From NCBI RefSeq assembly GCF_964355755.1, contig NW_027306096.1:72001-136000 (forward strand): 64,000 bases of DNA. Direction: 5' to 3'. Shown piece after piece: positions 30,001-44,172 of the stretch (positions are counted from its first letter, which is position 1; the number at the start of each line of letters is the position of its first letter). The notes under the pieces are model-generated. The model was not told where the DNA came from. It worked only from the letters and a program-made list of their open reading frames with translations, and did not search any database. The stretch comes from Antedon mediterranea. Lineage: Eukaryota; Animalia; Echinodermata. Made by a program: the position numbers and the translations under genes.

Positions 30001-33000
30001 GTGTGAAAAGTTTCATCGAAATGCTCAAAATGGTCTAAAACGTCTCCAAATGCGATTTGAAGCTATTTTGTGCACTTTGATGTTTTTTTGTGGAAAGTTT
30101 CATCGAAATGCACAAAATGGTCTAAAACGTCTCTAAATGCGATTTGAAGCTATTTTGTGCACTTTGATGTTTTTGTGTGAAAAGTTTCATCGAAATGCAC
30201 AAAATGGTCTAAAACGTCTCTAAATGCGATTTGAAGCTATTTTGTGCACTTTGTCGTTTTTGTGTGAAAAGTTTCATCGAAATGCTCAAAATGGTCTAAA
30301 ACGTCTCCAAATGCTATTTGAAGCTATTTTGTGCACTTTGATGTTTTTGTGTGAAAAGTTTCATCGAAATGCACAAAATGGTCTAAAACGGTTTCAAATG
30401 TGATTTTAAGCACTTTGATATTTTTGTGTAATCAAGTTTCATCGAAATGCACAAAATGGTCTAAAACGTCTGCAAATGCGATTTGAAGCTATTTTGTGCA
30501 CTTTGATGGTTTGTGTGAAAAGTTTCATCGAAATGCACAAAATGGTCAAAAATGTCTCCAAATGCGATTTGAAGCTATTTTGTGGACTTTGTGGTTTTGT
30601 GTGAAAAGTTTTATCGAAATGCACAAAATAGTCTAAAACGGTTTCAAATGTGATTTTAAGCACTTTGATATTTTTGTTTAACCAAGTTTCATCGAAATGC
30701 ACAAAATGGTCTAAAACGTCTCCAAATGCGATTTGAAGTTATTTTGTGCACTTTGATGTTTTGTGTGAAAAGTTTTATCGAAATGCTCAAAATGGTCTAA
30801 AACGGTTTCAAATGTGATTTTAAGCGCTTTGATATTTTTGTGTAATCAAGTTTTTTCGAAATGCACAACATGGTCTAAAACGTCTCCAAATGCGATTTGA
30901 AGCTATATTGTGCACTTTGATGTTTTGTGTAATGAAACGCACAAAATGGTCTAAAACGCCTGTTTTCTGTGAAAATTTTCATCGAAATGCAAAAAATTGT
31001 CTAAAACGTCTCCAAATGCGATTTGAAGCTATTTTGTGCACTTTGTTGTTTTGTGTGAAAAGTTTCATCGAAATGCACAAATTGGTCTAAAACCTCTCCA
31101 AATACGATATTAAGCTATTTTGTGCACATTGATGTTTTTGTGTGAAAAGTTTCACCAAAATGCACAAAATGGTCTAAAACGTCTCCAAATCCGTTTTGAA
31201 GCTAATCTAAGCACTTTGATGTTTTTATGTTAAAAAGTTTTTTCGAAATGCACAAAATGGTCTAAAACGTTTCCAAATACGATTTGAAGCTCTTTTGTGC
31301 ACTTTGATATTTTGTGTAATAAGTTTTATAGAAACGCACAAAATGGTCTAAAACGGTTTCAAATGTGATTTTAAGCACTTATATATTTTTGTTTAACCAA
31401 GTTTCATCGAAATGCACAAAATGGTCTAAAACGTCTCCAAATGCGATTTGAAGCTGTTTTTGTGTGAAAAGTTTTTTCGAAATACACAAAATGGTCTAAA
31501 ACGTGCACTTTTGTGCACTTTGATGTTTTGTGTCAAAAGTTTTATAGAAATGCTCGAAATGGTCTAAAACGGTTTCAAATGTGATTTTAAGCACTTTGAT
31601 GTTTTTGTGTAATCAAGTTTATAGAAATGCTCGAAATGGTCTAAAACATCTTCAAATGTGATTTTAAGCACTTTAATGTTTTGTGTGAAAAGTTTTATCG
31701 AAATGCTCAAAATGGTTTAAAACGGTTTCAAATGTGATTTTAAGCACTTTGATATTTTTGTGTAATCAAGTTTTTTCGAAATGCACAACATGGTCTAAAA
31801 CGTCTCAAAATACGATATTAAGCTATTGTATGCACTTTGATGTTTTTCTGTGAAAAGTTTTTTCGAAATGCACAAAATGGTCTAAAACGTCTCAAAAAGC
31901 GATTTGGAGCTCTTTTGTGCACTTTGATGTTTTGTGTAAAAAGTTTTATAGAAATGCTCGAAATGTTCTACAACGGTTTCAAATGTGATTTTAAGCACTT
32001 TGATATTTTTGTTTAACCAAGGTTCATCGAAATGCACAAAATGGTCTAAAACGTCTGCAAATGCGATTTGAAGCTATTTTGTGCACTTTGATGTTTTGTG
32101 TAATCCAGTTTCATCGAAATGAACAAAATTGTCTAAAACCTCAAAAATGCGATTTCAAGCTATTTTGTGCACTTTGATGATTTTGTGTGAAAAGTTTTTT
32201 CGAAATGCACAAAATGGTCTAAAACGTCTCCAAATGCGATTTGGAGCTCTTTTGTGCACTTTGATGTTTTGTGTAAAAAGTTTTATAGAAATGCTCGAAA
32301 TGGTCTAAAACGTTTTCAAATGTGATTTTAAGCACTTTAATGTTTTGTGTGAAAAGTTTTATCGAAATGCTCAAAATGGTCTAAAACGGTTTCAAATGTG
32401 ATTTTAAGCATTTTGATATTTTTGTGTAATCAAGTTTTTTTCGAAATGCACAACATGGTCTAAAACGTCTCCAAATGCGATTTGAAGCTATTTTGTGCAC
32501 TTTGATGTTTTGTGTAATGAAACGCACAAAATGGTCTAAAACGTCTCCAAATGCGATTTGAAGTTATTTTGTGCACTTTGATGTTTTGTGTGAAAAGTTT
32601 TATCGAAATGCTCAAAATGGTCTAAAACGGTTTCAAATGTGATTTTAAGCACTTTGATATTTTTGTGTAATCAAGTTTTTTCGAAATGCACAACATGGTC
32701 TAAAACGTCTCCAAATGCGATTTGAAGCTATTTTGTGCACTTTGATGGTTTTGTGTAAAAAGTTTCATCGAAATGCACAAAATGGTCAAAAACGTCCCCA
32801 AATGCGATTTGAAGCTATTTTGTGCACTTTGTTGTTTTGTGTGAAAAGTTTCATCGAAACGCACAAAATGGTCTAAAACAGTTTCAAATGTGATTTTAAG
32901 CACTTTGATATTTTTGTGTAATCAAGTTTTTTCGGAATCCACAAAATGGTCTAAAACGTCTCCAAATGCGATTTGAAGTTATTTTGTGCACTTTGAAGTT

Positions 33001-36000
33001 TTGTGTAATGAAACGCACAAAATGGTCTAAAACGTCTCCAAATGCGATTTGAAGCTATTTGTGCACTTTGTTGTTTTGTGTGAAAAGTTTCATCGAAATG
33101 CACAAATTGGTCTAAAACGTCTCCAAATACGATATTAAGCTATTGTATGCACTTTGTTGTTTTTGTGTGAAAAGTTTTTTCGAATTACACAAAATTGTCT
33201 AAAACGGCTCCAAATGCGATTTGGAGCTCTTTTGTGCACTTTGATGTTTTGTGTCAAAAGTTTTATAGAAATGCTCGAAATGGTCTAAAACGGTTTCAAA
33301 TGTGATTTTAAGCACTTTCATGTTTTTGTGTAGCCAAGTTTCATCGAAATGCACAAAAAAATCTAAAACGTCTCCAAATGCGATTTAAAGCTATTTTGTG
33401 CACTTTAATGTTTTGTGTGAAAAGTTTTATCGAAATTCTCAAAATGGTCTAAAACGGTTTCAAATGTGATTTTAAGTACTTTGATGTTTTTGTGTAATCA
33501 AGTTTCATCGAAATGCACAAAATGGTTTAAAACGTCTGCAAATGCGATTTGAAGCTATTTTGTGCACTTTGATGTTTTGTGTAATCCAGTTTCATCGAAA
33601 TGTACAAAATTGTCTAAAACCTCTAAAAATGCGATTTGAAGCTATTTTGTGCACTTTGATGTTTTTGTGTGAAAAGTTTCATCGAAATGCACAAAATTGT
33701 CTAAAACGTCTCCAAATACGATATTAAGCTATTGTATGCACTTTGATGTTTTTGAGTGAAAAGTTTTTTCGAAATGCACAAAATGGTCTAAAACGTCTCC
33801 AAATGCGATTTGGAGCTCTTTTGTGCACTTTGATGTTTTGTGTAAAAAGTTTGCTATTTTGTGCACTTTAATGTTTTGTGTGAAAAGTTTTATCGAAATG
33901 CTCAAAATTGTCTAAAACGGTTTCAAATGTGATTTTAAGCACTTTGATATTTTTGTGTAATCAAGTTTTTTCGAAATGCACAACATGATCTAAAACGTCT
34001 CCAAATGCGATTTGAAGCTATTTTGTGCACTTTGATGTTTTTGTGTGAAAAGTTTCATCGAAATGCACAAAATGGTCTAAAACGTCTCTAAATGCGATTT
34101 GAAGCTATTTTGTGCACTTTGTCGTTTTTGTGTGAAAAGTTTCATCGAAATGCTCAAAATGGTCTAAAACGTCTCCAAATGCGATTTGAAGCTATTTTGT
34201 GCACTTTGATGTTTTTTTGTCAAAAGTTTCATCGAAATGCACAAAATGGTCTAAAACGTCTCTAAATGCGATTTGAAGCTATTTTGTGCACTTTGATGTT
34301 TTTGTGTGAAAAGTTTCATCGAAATGCACAAAATGGTCTAAAACGTCTCTAAATGCGATTTGAAGCTATTTTGTGCACTTTGATGTTTTTTTGTGAAAAG
34401 TTTCATCGAAATGCACAAAATGGTCTAAAACGTCTCTAAATGCGATTTGAAGCTATTTTGTGCACTTTGTCGTTTTTGTGTGAAATGTTTCATCGAAATG
34501 CTCAAAATGGTCTAAAACGTCTCCAAATGCGATTTGAAGCTATTTTGTGCACTTTGATGTTTTTGTGTGAAAAGTTTCATCGAAATGCACAAAATGGTCT
34601 AAAACGGTTTCAAATGTGATTTTAAGCACTTTGATATTTTTGTGTAATCAAGTTTTTTCGAAATGCACAAAATGGTCTAAAACGTCTCCAAATGCGATTT
34701 AAAGCTATTTTGTGCACTTTAATGTTTTGTGTGAAAAGTTTTATCGAAATTCTCAAAATGGTCTAAAACGGTTTCAAATGTGATTTTAAGCACTTTGATG
34801 TTTTTGTGTAATCAAGTTTCATCGAATTCATCAAATTCGATTTGAAGCTATTTTGTGCACTTTGATGTTTTGTGTAATCCAGTTTCATCGAAATGTAAAA
34901 AATTGTCTATAACGTCTCTAAATGCGATTTGAAACTATTTTGTGGACTTTGTCGTTTTTGTGTGAAAAGTTTCATCGAAATGCTCAAAATGATCTAAAAC
35001 GTCTCCAAATGCGATTTGAAGCTATTTTGTGCACTTTGATGTTTTTGTGTGAAAAGTTTCATCGAAATGCACAAAATGGTCTAAAACGGTTTCAAATGTG
35101 ATTTTAAGCACTTTGATATTTTTGTGTAATCAAGTTTTTTCGAAATGCACAAAATGGTCTAAAACGTCTCCAAATGCGATTTGAAGTTATTTTGTGCACT
35201 TTGATGTTTTGTGTGAAAAGTTTCATCGAAATGCTCAAAATGGTCTAAAACGGTTTCAAATGTGATTTTAAGCACTTTGATATTTTTGTGTAATCAAGTT
35301 TCATCGAAATGCACAAAATGGTCTAAAACGTCTGCAAATGCGATTTGAAGCTATTTTGTGCACTTTGATGGTTTGTGTGAAAAGTTTCATCGAAATGCAC
35401 AAAATGGTCAAAAATGTCTCCAAATGCGATTTGAAGCTATTTTGTGGACTTTGTGGTTTTGTGTGAAAAGTTTTATCGAAATGCACAAAATAGTCTAAAA
35501 CGGTTTCAAATGTGATTTTAAGCACTTTGATATTTTTGTTTAACCAAGTTTCATCGAAATGCACAAAATGGTCTAAAACGTCTCCAAATGCGATTTGAAG
35601 TTATTTTGTGCACTTTGATGTTTTGTGTGAAAAGTTTTATCGAAATGCTCAAAATGGTCTAAAACGGTTTCAAATGTGATTTTAAGCGCTTTGATATTTT
35701 TGTGTAATCAAGTTTTTTCGAAATGCACAACATGGTCTAAAACGTCTCCAAATGCGATTTGAAGCTATATTGTGCACTTTGATGTTTTGTGTAATGAAAC
35801 GCACAAAATGGTCTAAAACGCCTGTTTTCTGTGAAAATTTTCATCGAAATGCAAAAAATTGTCTAAAACGTCTCCAAATGCGATTTGAAGCTATTTTGTG
35901 CACTTTGTTGTTTTGTGTGAAAAGTTTCATCGAAATGCACAAAATTGTCTAAAACGTCTCCAAATACGATTTGAAGCTATTTTGTGCACTTTGATGTTTT

Positions 36001-39000
36001 TGTGTGAAAAGTTTTTTCGAAATACACAAAATGGTCTAAAACGTCTCCAAATGCGATTTGAAGCTATTGTGGGCACTTTGATGTTTTTTTCTGAAAAGTT
36101 TCATCGAAATGCACAAAATGGTCTAAAACGTCTCCAAATGCGATTTAAAGCTATTTTGTGCACTTTAATGTTTTGTGTGAAAAGTTTTATCGAAATTCTC
36201 AAAATGGTCTAAAACGGTTTCAAATGTGATTTTAAGCACTTTGATGTTTTTGTGTAATCAAGTTTCATCAAAATGCACAAAATGGTTTAAAACGTCTGCA
36301 AATGCGATTTGAACCTATTTTGTGCACTTTGATGTTTTGTGTAATCCAGTTTCATCGAAATGTACAAAATTGTCTAAAACCTCTCAAAATGCGATTTGAA
36401 GCTATTTTGTGCACTTTGATGTTTTTGTGTGAAAAGTTTCATCGAAATTCACAAAATTGTCTAAAACGTCTCCAAATACGATATTAAGCTATTGTATGCA
36501 CTTTGATGTTTTTGAGTGAAAAGTTTTTTCGAAATGCACAAAATGGTCTAAAACGTCACCAAATGCGATTTGGAGCTCTTTTGTGCACTTTGATGTTTTG
36601 TGTAAAAAGTTTGCTATTTTGTGCACTTTAATGTTTTGTGTAAAAAGTTTTATCGAAATGCTCAAAATTGTCTAAAACGGTTTCAAATGTGATTTTAAGC
36701 ACTTTGATATTTTTGTGTAATCAAGTTTTTTCGAAATGCACAACATGGTCTAAAACGTCTCCAAATGCGATTTGAAGCTATTTTGTGCACTTTGATGGTT
36801 TTGTGTAAAAAGTTTCATCGAAATTCACAAAATGGTCAAAAACGTCTCCAAATGCGATTTGAAACTATTTTGTGCACTTTGTTGTTTTGTGTGAAAAGTT
36901 TCATCGAAATGCACAAAATGGTCTAAAACGGTTTCAAATGTGATTTTAAGCACTTTGATATTTTTGTGTAATCAAGTTTTTTTCGGAATCCACAAAATGG
37001 TCTAAAACGTCTCCAAATGCGATTTGAAGTTATTTTGTGCACTTTGAAGTTTTGTGTAATGAAACGCACAAAATGGTCTAAAACGTCTCCAAATGCGATT
37101 TGAAGCTATTTTGTGCACTTTGTTGTTTTGTGTGAAAAGTTTCATCGAAATGCACAAATTGGTCTAAAACGTCTCCAAATACGATATTAAGCTATTGTAT
37201 GCACTTTGTTGTTTTTGTGTGAAAAGTTTTTTCGAATTACACAAAATGGTCTAAAACGTCTCCAAATGCGATTTGGAGCTCTTTTGTGCACTTTGATGTT
37301 TTGTGTCAAAAGTTTTATAGAAATGCTCGAAATGGTCTAAAACGGTTTCAAATGTGATTTTAAGCACTTTGATGTTTTTGTGTAACCAAGTTTCATCGAA
37401 ATGCACAAAAAAATCTAAAACGTCTCCAAATGCGATTTAGAGCTATTTTGTGCACTTTAATGTTTTGTGTGAAAAGTGTTATCGAAATGCACAAAATGGT
37501 CTAAAACGGTTTCAAATGTGATTTGAAGCTATTTTGTGCACTTTGTGGTTTTGTGTGAAAGTTTTATCGAAATGCACAAAATAGTCTAAAACGGCTTCAA
37601 ATGTGATTTTAAGCACATTGATATTTTTGTGTAATCAAGTTTCATCGAAATGCACAAAATGGTCTAAAACGTCTGCAAATGCGATTTGAAGCTATTTTGT
37701 GATTTTAAGAACTTTGATATTTTTGTGTAATCAAGTTTCATCGAAATGCACAAAATTGTCTAAAACGTCTGCAAATGCGATTTGAAGCTATTTGTGCACT
37801 TTGATGGTTTTGTGTAAAAAGTTTCATCGAAATGCACAAAATGGTCAAAAACGTCTCCAAATGCGATTTGAAGCTATTCTGTGCACTTTGTTGTTTTGTG
37901 GGAAAAGTTTCATCGAAATGCACAAAATGGTCTAAAACGGTTTCAAATGTGATTTTAAGCACTTTGATATTTTTGTGTAATCAAGTTTTTTCAAAATGCA
38001 CAACATGGTCTAAAACGTCTCCAAATGCGATTTGAAGCTATTTTGTGCACTTTGTAGTTTTTTGTGAAAAGTTTCATCGAAACGCACAAAATTGTCTAAA
38101 ACGTCTCCAAATACGATATTAAGCTATTGTATGCACTTTGTTGTTTTTGTGTGAAAAGTTTCATCGAAATGCTCAAAATGGTCTAAAACGTCTCCAAGTG
38201 CGATTTGAAGCTATTTTGTGCACTTTGATGTTTTTTTTGTGAAAAGTTTAATCGAAATGCACAAAATGGTCTAAAACGTCTCTAAATGCGATTTGAAGCT
38301 ATTTTGTGCACATTGATGTTTTTGTGTGAAAAGTTTGATCGAAATGCACTATTTTGTGCACATTGATGTTTTTGTGTGAAAAGTTTGATCGAAATGCACA
38401 AAATGGTCTAAAACGTCTCCAAATGCGATTTGAAGCTATTTTGTGCACTTTGATGTTTTGTGTGAAAAGTTTCACCAAAATGCACAAAATGGTCTAAAAC
38501 GTTTCCAAATGCGATTTGGAGCTCTTTTGTGCACTTTGATGTTTTGTGTAAAAAGTTTGCTATTTTGTGCACTTTAATGTTTTGTGTGAAAAGTTTTATC
38601 GAAATGCTCAAAATTGTCTAAAACGGTTTCAAATGTGATTTTAAGCACTTTGATATTTTTGTGTAAAAAAGTTTCATCGAAATGCACAAAATGGTCTAAA
38701 ACGTATCTAAATGCGATTTGAAGCTATTTTGTGCACTTTGTCGTTTTTGTGTGAAAAGTTTCATCGAAATGCTCAAAATGGTCTAAAACGTCTCCAAATG
38801 CGATTTGAAGCTATTTTGTGCACTTTGATGTTTTTTTGTGGAAAGTTTCATCGAAATGCACAAAATGGTCTAAAACGTCTCTAAATGCGATTTGAAGCTA
38901 TTTTGTGCACTTTGATGTTTTTGTGTGAAAAGTTTCATCGAAATGCACAAAATGGTCTAAAACGTCTCTAAATGCGATTTGAAGCTATTTTGTGCACTTT

Positions 39001-42000
39001 GTCGTTTTTGTGTGAAAAGTTTCATCGAAATGCTCAAAATGGTCTAAAACGTCTCCAAATGCTATTTGAAGCTATTTTGTGCACTTTGATGTTTTTGTGT
39101 GAAAAGTTTCATCGAAATGCACAAAATGGTCTAAAACGGTTTCAAATGTGATTTTAAGCACTTTGATGTTTTTGTGTAATCAAGTTTTTTCGAAATGCAC
39201 AAAATGGTCTAAAACGTCTCCAAATGCGATTTGAAGTTATTTTGTGCACTTTGATGTTTTGTGTGAAAAGTTTTATCGAAATGCTCAAAATGGTCTAAAA
39301 CGGTTTCAAATGTGATTTTAAGCACTTTGATATTTTTGTGTAATCAAGTTTCATCGAAATGCACAAAATGGTCTAAAACGTCTGCAAATGCGATTTGAAG
39401 CTATTGTGTGATTTTAAGAACTTTGATATTTTTGTGTAATCAAGTTTCATCGAAATGCACAAAATGGTCTAAAACGTCTCCAAATGCGATTTGAAGCTAT
39501 TTTGTGCACTTTGATGGTTTTGTGTGAAAAGTTTCATCGAAATGCACAAAATGGTCAAAAACGTCTCCAAATACGATAATAAGCTTTTGTATGCACATTG
39601 ATGTTTTTGTGTGAAAAGTCTCATCGAAATGCACAAAATGGTCTAAAACGTCTCCAAATGCGATTTGAAGCTATTTTGTGCACTTTGATGTTTTGTGTAA
39701 TGAAACGCACAAAATGGTCTAAAACGTCTCCGAATACGATATTAAGCTATTTTATGCACTTTGATGTTTTTGTGTGAAAAGTTTTTTCGAAATGCACAAA
39801 ATGGTCTAAAACGTCTCCAAATGCGATTTGGAGCTCTTTTGTGCACTTTGATGTTTTGTGTCAAAAGTTTTATAGAAATGCTCGAAATGTTCTAAAACGG
39901 TTTCAAATGTGATTTTAAGCACTTTCATGTTTTTGTGTAACCAAGTTTCATCGAAATGCACAAAATGGTTTAAAACGTCTGCAAATGCGATTTGAAGCTA
40001 TTTTGTGCACTTTGATGTTTTGTGTAATCCAGTTTCATCGAAATGTACAAAATTGTCTAAAACCTCTCAAAATGCGATTTGAAGCTATTTAGTGCACTTT
40101 GATTTTTTTGTGTGAAAAGTTTCATCGAAATGCACAAAATTGTCTAAAACGTCTCCAAATGCGATTTGGAGCTCTTTTGTGCACTTTGATGTTTTGTGTA
40201 AAAAGTTTTATCGAAATTCTCAAAATGGTCTAAAACGGTTTCAAATGTGATTTTAAGCACTTTGATGTTTTTGTGTAATCAAGTTTCATCGAAATGAACA
40301 AAATGGTTTAAAACGTCTGCAAATGCGATTTGAACATATTTTGTGCACTTTGATGTTTTGTGTAATCCAGTTTCATCGAAATGTACAAAATTGTCTAAAG
40401 CTTCTCAAAATGCGATTTGAAGCTATTTTGTGCACTTTGATGTTTTTGTGTGAAAAGTTTCATCGAAATTCTCAAAATTGTCTAAAACGTCTCCAAATAC
40501 GATATTAAGCTATTGTATCCACTTTGATGTTTTTGAGTGAAAAGTTTTTTCGAAATGCACAAAATGGTCTAAAACATCTCCAAATGCGATTTGGAGCTCT
40601 TTTGTGCACTTTGATGTTTTGTGTAAAAAGTTTGCTATTTTGTGCACTTTAATGTTTTGAGTGAAAAGTTTTATCGAAATGCTCAAAATTGTCTAAAACG
40701 GTTTCAAATGTGATTTTAAGCACTTTGATATTTTTGTGTAATCAAGTTTTTTCGAAATGCACAACATGGTCTAAAACGTCTCCAAATGCGATTTGAAGCT
40801 ATTTTGTGCACTTTGATGTTTTGTGTAATGAAACGCACAAAATGGTCTAAAACGTCTCCGAATACGATATTAAGCTATTTTATGCACTTTGATGTTTTTG
40901 TGTGAAAAGTTTTTTCGAAATGCACAAAATGGTCTAAAACGTCTCCAAATGCGATTTGGAGCTCTTTTGTGCACTTTGATGTTTTGTGTAAAAAGTTTTA
41001 TAGAAATGCTCGAAATGGTCTAAAACGTCTACAAATGTGATTTTAAGCACTTTAATGTTTTGTGTGAAAAGTTTTATCGAAATGCTCAAAATGGTCTAAA
41101 ACGGTTTCAAATGTGATTTTAAGCACTTTGATGTTTTTGTGTAATCAAGTTTCATCGAAATGCACAAAATGGTTTAAAACGTCTGCAAATGCGATTTGAT
41201 GCTATTTTGTGCACTTTGATGTTTTGTGTAATCCAGTTTCATCGAAATGTACAAAATTGTCTAAAACCTCTCAAAATGTGATTTGAAGCTATTTTGTGCA
41301 CTTTAATATTTTGTGTGAAAAGTTTTATCGAAATGCTCAAAATGGTCTAAAACGGTTTCAAATGTGATTTTAAGCACTTTGATATTTTTGTGTAATCAAG
41401 TTTCATCGAAATGCACAAAATGGTTTAAAACGTCTGCAAATGCGATTTGATGCTATTTTGTGCACTTTGATGTTTTGTGTAATCCAGTTTCATCGAAATG
41501 TACAAAATTGTCTAAAACCTCTCAAAATGCGATTTGAAGCTATTTTGTGCACTTTGATTTTTTTGTGTGAAAAGTTTCATCGAAATGCACAAAATTGTCT
41601 AAAACGTCTCCAAATGCGATTTGGAGCTCTTTTGTGCACTTTGATGTTTTGTGTAAAAAGTTTTATAGAAATGCTCGAAATGGTCTAAAACGTCTTCAAA
41701 TGTGATTTTAAGCACTTTAATGTTTTGTGTGAAAAATTTTATCGAAATACTCAAAATGGTCTAAAACGGTTTCAAATGTGATTTTAAGCACTTTGATGTT
41801 TTTGTGTAATCAAGTTTCATCGAAATGCACAAAATGGTTTAAAACGTCTGCAAATGCGATTTGATGCTATTTTGTGCACTTTGATGTTTTGTGTAATCCA
41901 GTTTCATCGAAATGTACAAAATTGTCTAAAACCTCTCAAAATGCGATTTGAAGCTATTTTGTGCACTTTGATTTTTTTGTGTGAAAAGTTTCATCGAAAT

Positions 42001-43709
42001 GCACAAAATTGTCTAAAACGTCTCCAAATGCGATTTGGAGCTCTTTTGTGCACTTTGATGTTTTGTGTAAAAAGTTTTATAGAAATGCTCGAAATGGTCT
42101 AAAACGTCTTCAAATGTGATTTGAAGCTATTTTGTGCACTTTGTTGTTTTTTGTGAAAAGTTTCATCGAAACGCACAAAATTGTCTAAAACGTCTCCAAA
42201 TACGATATTAAGCTATTGTATGCACTTTGTTGTTTTTGTGTGAAAAGTTGCATCGAAATGCTCAAAATGGTCTAAAACGTCTCCAAGTGCGATTTGAAGC
42301 TATTTTGTGCACTTTGATGTTTTTTTGTGAAAAGTTTAATCGAAATGCACAAAATGGTCTAAAACGTCTCCAAATGCGATTTGAAGCTATTTTGTGCACT
42401 TTGATGTTTTGTGTGAAAAGTTTCACCAAAATGCACAAAATGGTCTAAAACGTCTCCAAATCCGCTTTGAAGCTAATCTAAGCACTTTGATGTTTTTATG
42501 TTTCAAGTTTTTTCGAAATTCACAAAATTGTCTAAAACGTCTCCAAATCCGTTTTGAAGCTAATCTAAGCACTTTGATGTTTTTATGTTAACAAGTTTTT
42601 TCGAAATTCACAAAATTGTCTAAAACGTCTCAAAATACGATTTGAAGCTCTTTTGTGCACTTTGATGTTTTGTGTAATAAGTTTTATAGAAACGCCTAAA
42701 ATGGTCTAAAACGGTTTCAAATGTGATTTTAAGCACTTTGATATTTTTGTTTAATTAAGTTTCATCGAAATGCACAAAATGGTCTAAAACGTCTCCAAAT
42801 GCGATTTGAAGCTGTTTTTGTGTGAAAAGTTTTTTCGAATTACACAAAATGGTCTAAAACGTCTCCAAATGCGATTTGGAAATCTTTTGTGCACTTTGAT
42901 GTTTTGTGTCAAAAGTTTTATAGAAATGCTCGAAATGGTCTCAAACGGTTTCAAATGTGATTTTAAGCACTTTCATGTTTTTGTGTAACCAAGTTTCATC
43001 GAAATGCACAAAAAAATCTAAAACGTCTCCAAATCCGTTTTGAAGCTAATCTAAGCACTTTGATGTTTTTATGTTAACAAGTTTTTTCGAAATTCACAAA
43101 ATTGTCTAAAACGTCTCCAAATACGATTTGAAGCTCTTTTGTGCACTTTGATGTTTTGTGTAATAAGTTTTATAGAAACGCACAAAATGGTCTAAAACGG
43201 TTTCAAATGTGATTTTAAGCACTTTGATATTTTTGTTTAACCAAGTTTCATCGAAATGCACAAAATGGTCTAAAACGTCTCCAAATGCGATTTGAAGCTG
43301 TTTTTGTGTGAAAAGTTTTTTCGAAATACACAAAATTTTAAGCACTTTGATGTTTTTGTGTAATCAAGTTTCATCGAAATGTACAAAATTGTCTAAAACC
43401 TCTCAAAATGCGATTTGAAGCTATTTTGTGCACTTTGATGTTTTTGTGTGAAAAGTTTCATCGAAATTCACAAAATTGTCTAAAACGTCTCCAAATACGA
43501 TATTAAGCTATTGTATGCACTTTGATGTTTTGGAGTGAAACGTTTTTTCGAAATGCACAAAATGGTCTAAAACGTCTCCAAATGCAATTTGGAGCTCTTT
43601 TGTGCACTTTGATGTTTTGTGTAAAAAGTTTGCTATTTTGTGCACTTTAATGTTTTGTGTGAAAAGTTTTATCGAAATGCTCAAAATTGTCTAAAACGGT
43701 TTCAAATGT
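1..43709 (+). repeat. Satellite DNA array, left arm; 87-bp consensus monomer with 86/78/76-bp variants
   Basis: Uninterrupted tandem copies of AAATGCGATTTGAAGCTATTTTGTGCACTTTGATGTTTTTGTGTGAAAAGTTTCATCGAAATGCACAAAATGGTCTAAAACGTCTCC (87 nt). The ORF track shows the matching 29-aa period. The array ends abruptly at ...GGTTTCAAATGT (43709). The strand label is only an orientation convention. Confidence 0.98.
18170..39160 (+). repeat. Nested multi-kb higher-order duplications within the satellite
   Basis: Rare marker GAATTCATCAAATTCG at 21955, 26076 and 34824 (offsets 4121, 8748). Marker CGCCTGTTTTCTGTGAAAATT near 22950, 27071, 30957 and 35820. Identical ORF-track peptides recur at offsets 4121, 8747/8748 and 12869. 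Boundaries are approximate. Confidence 0.88.
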
Positions 43710-44172
43710 TTCATTACTACTCAACTTATCAGATGTTATCTTAAATAGTGTTGTCATTTTTGTAATCAATATTATCGGTATCGATATAAATCTTCAACCA
43801 TCTTTAATATTTATTACCAAAATTGTTAGGCATATAGGGCTACGTGTTCCGTTTTTCTGAATCGGAATTAATTTTAAGTGTACAATAATATTGTTATACG
43901 TCAGTATAAACTGTACTTATACTCGACGCAAAGTATTCAAGTTCCATATTAGACTGTTGCTCAATTAGTTTGCTTTTACTCACGGTAGATAAATTAATTT
44001 CCTTTACCTATTAACAATTTGTTGGCACCGGTGTAGAGGAGGTTGTAAAATGACATTCGCGCGCTGTTTGATCGTAGGCCTATAACGGTCAATCTTCGAG
44101 TTTCCAATAACAACCCCGCCTTCTAATTTAAATGTTAAAACGTTTTGTCCCACGCTTGAGTAGGCTCGGCTA

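Noticed and set aside
1-43709. CRISPR array or other repeat-spacer system
   Set aside because: The whole monomer is repeated with no unique spacers, there are no cas genes, and the context (LINE, microsatellites) is eukaryotic.
43901-43917. TCAGTATAAACTGTACT resembles TCAGTATAAATCGTACT near 61979 in the YR element
   Set aside because: Only 15 of 17 AT-rich bases match with no extension on either side, which is compatible with chance.
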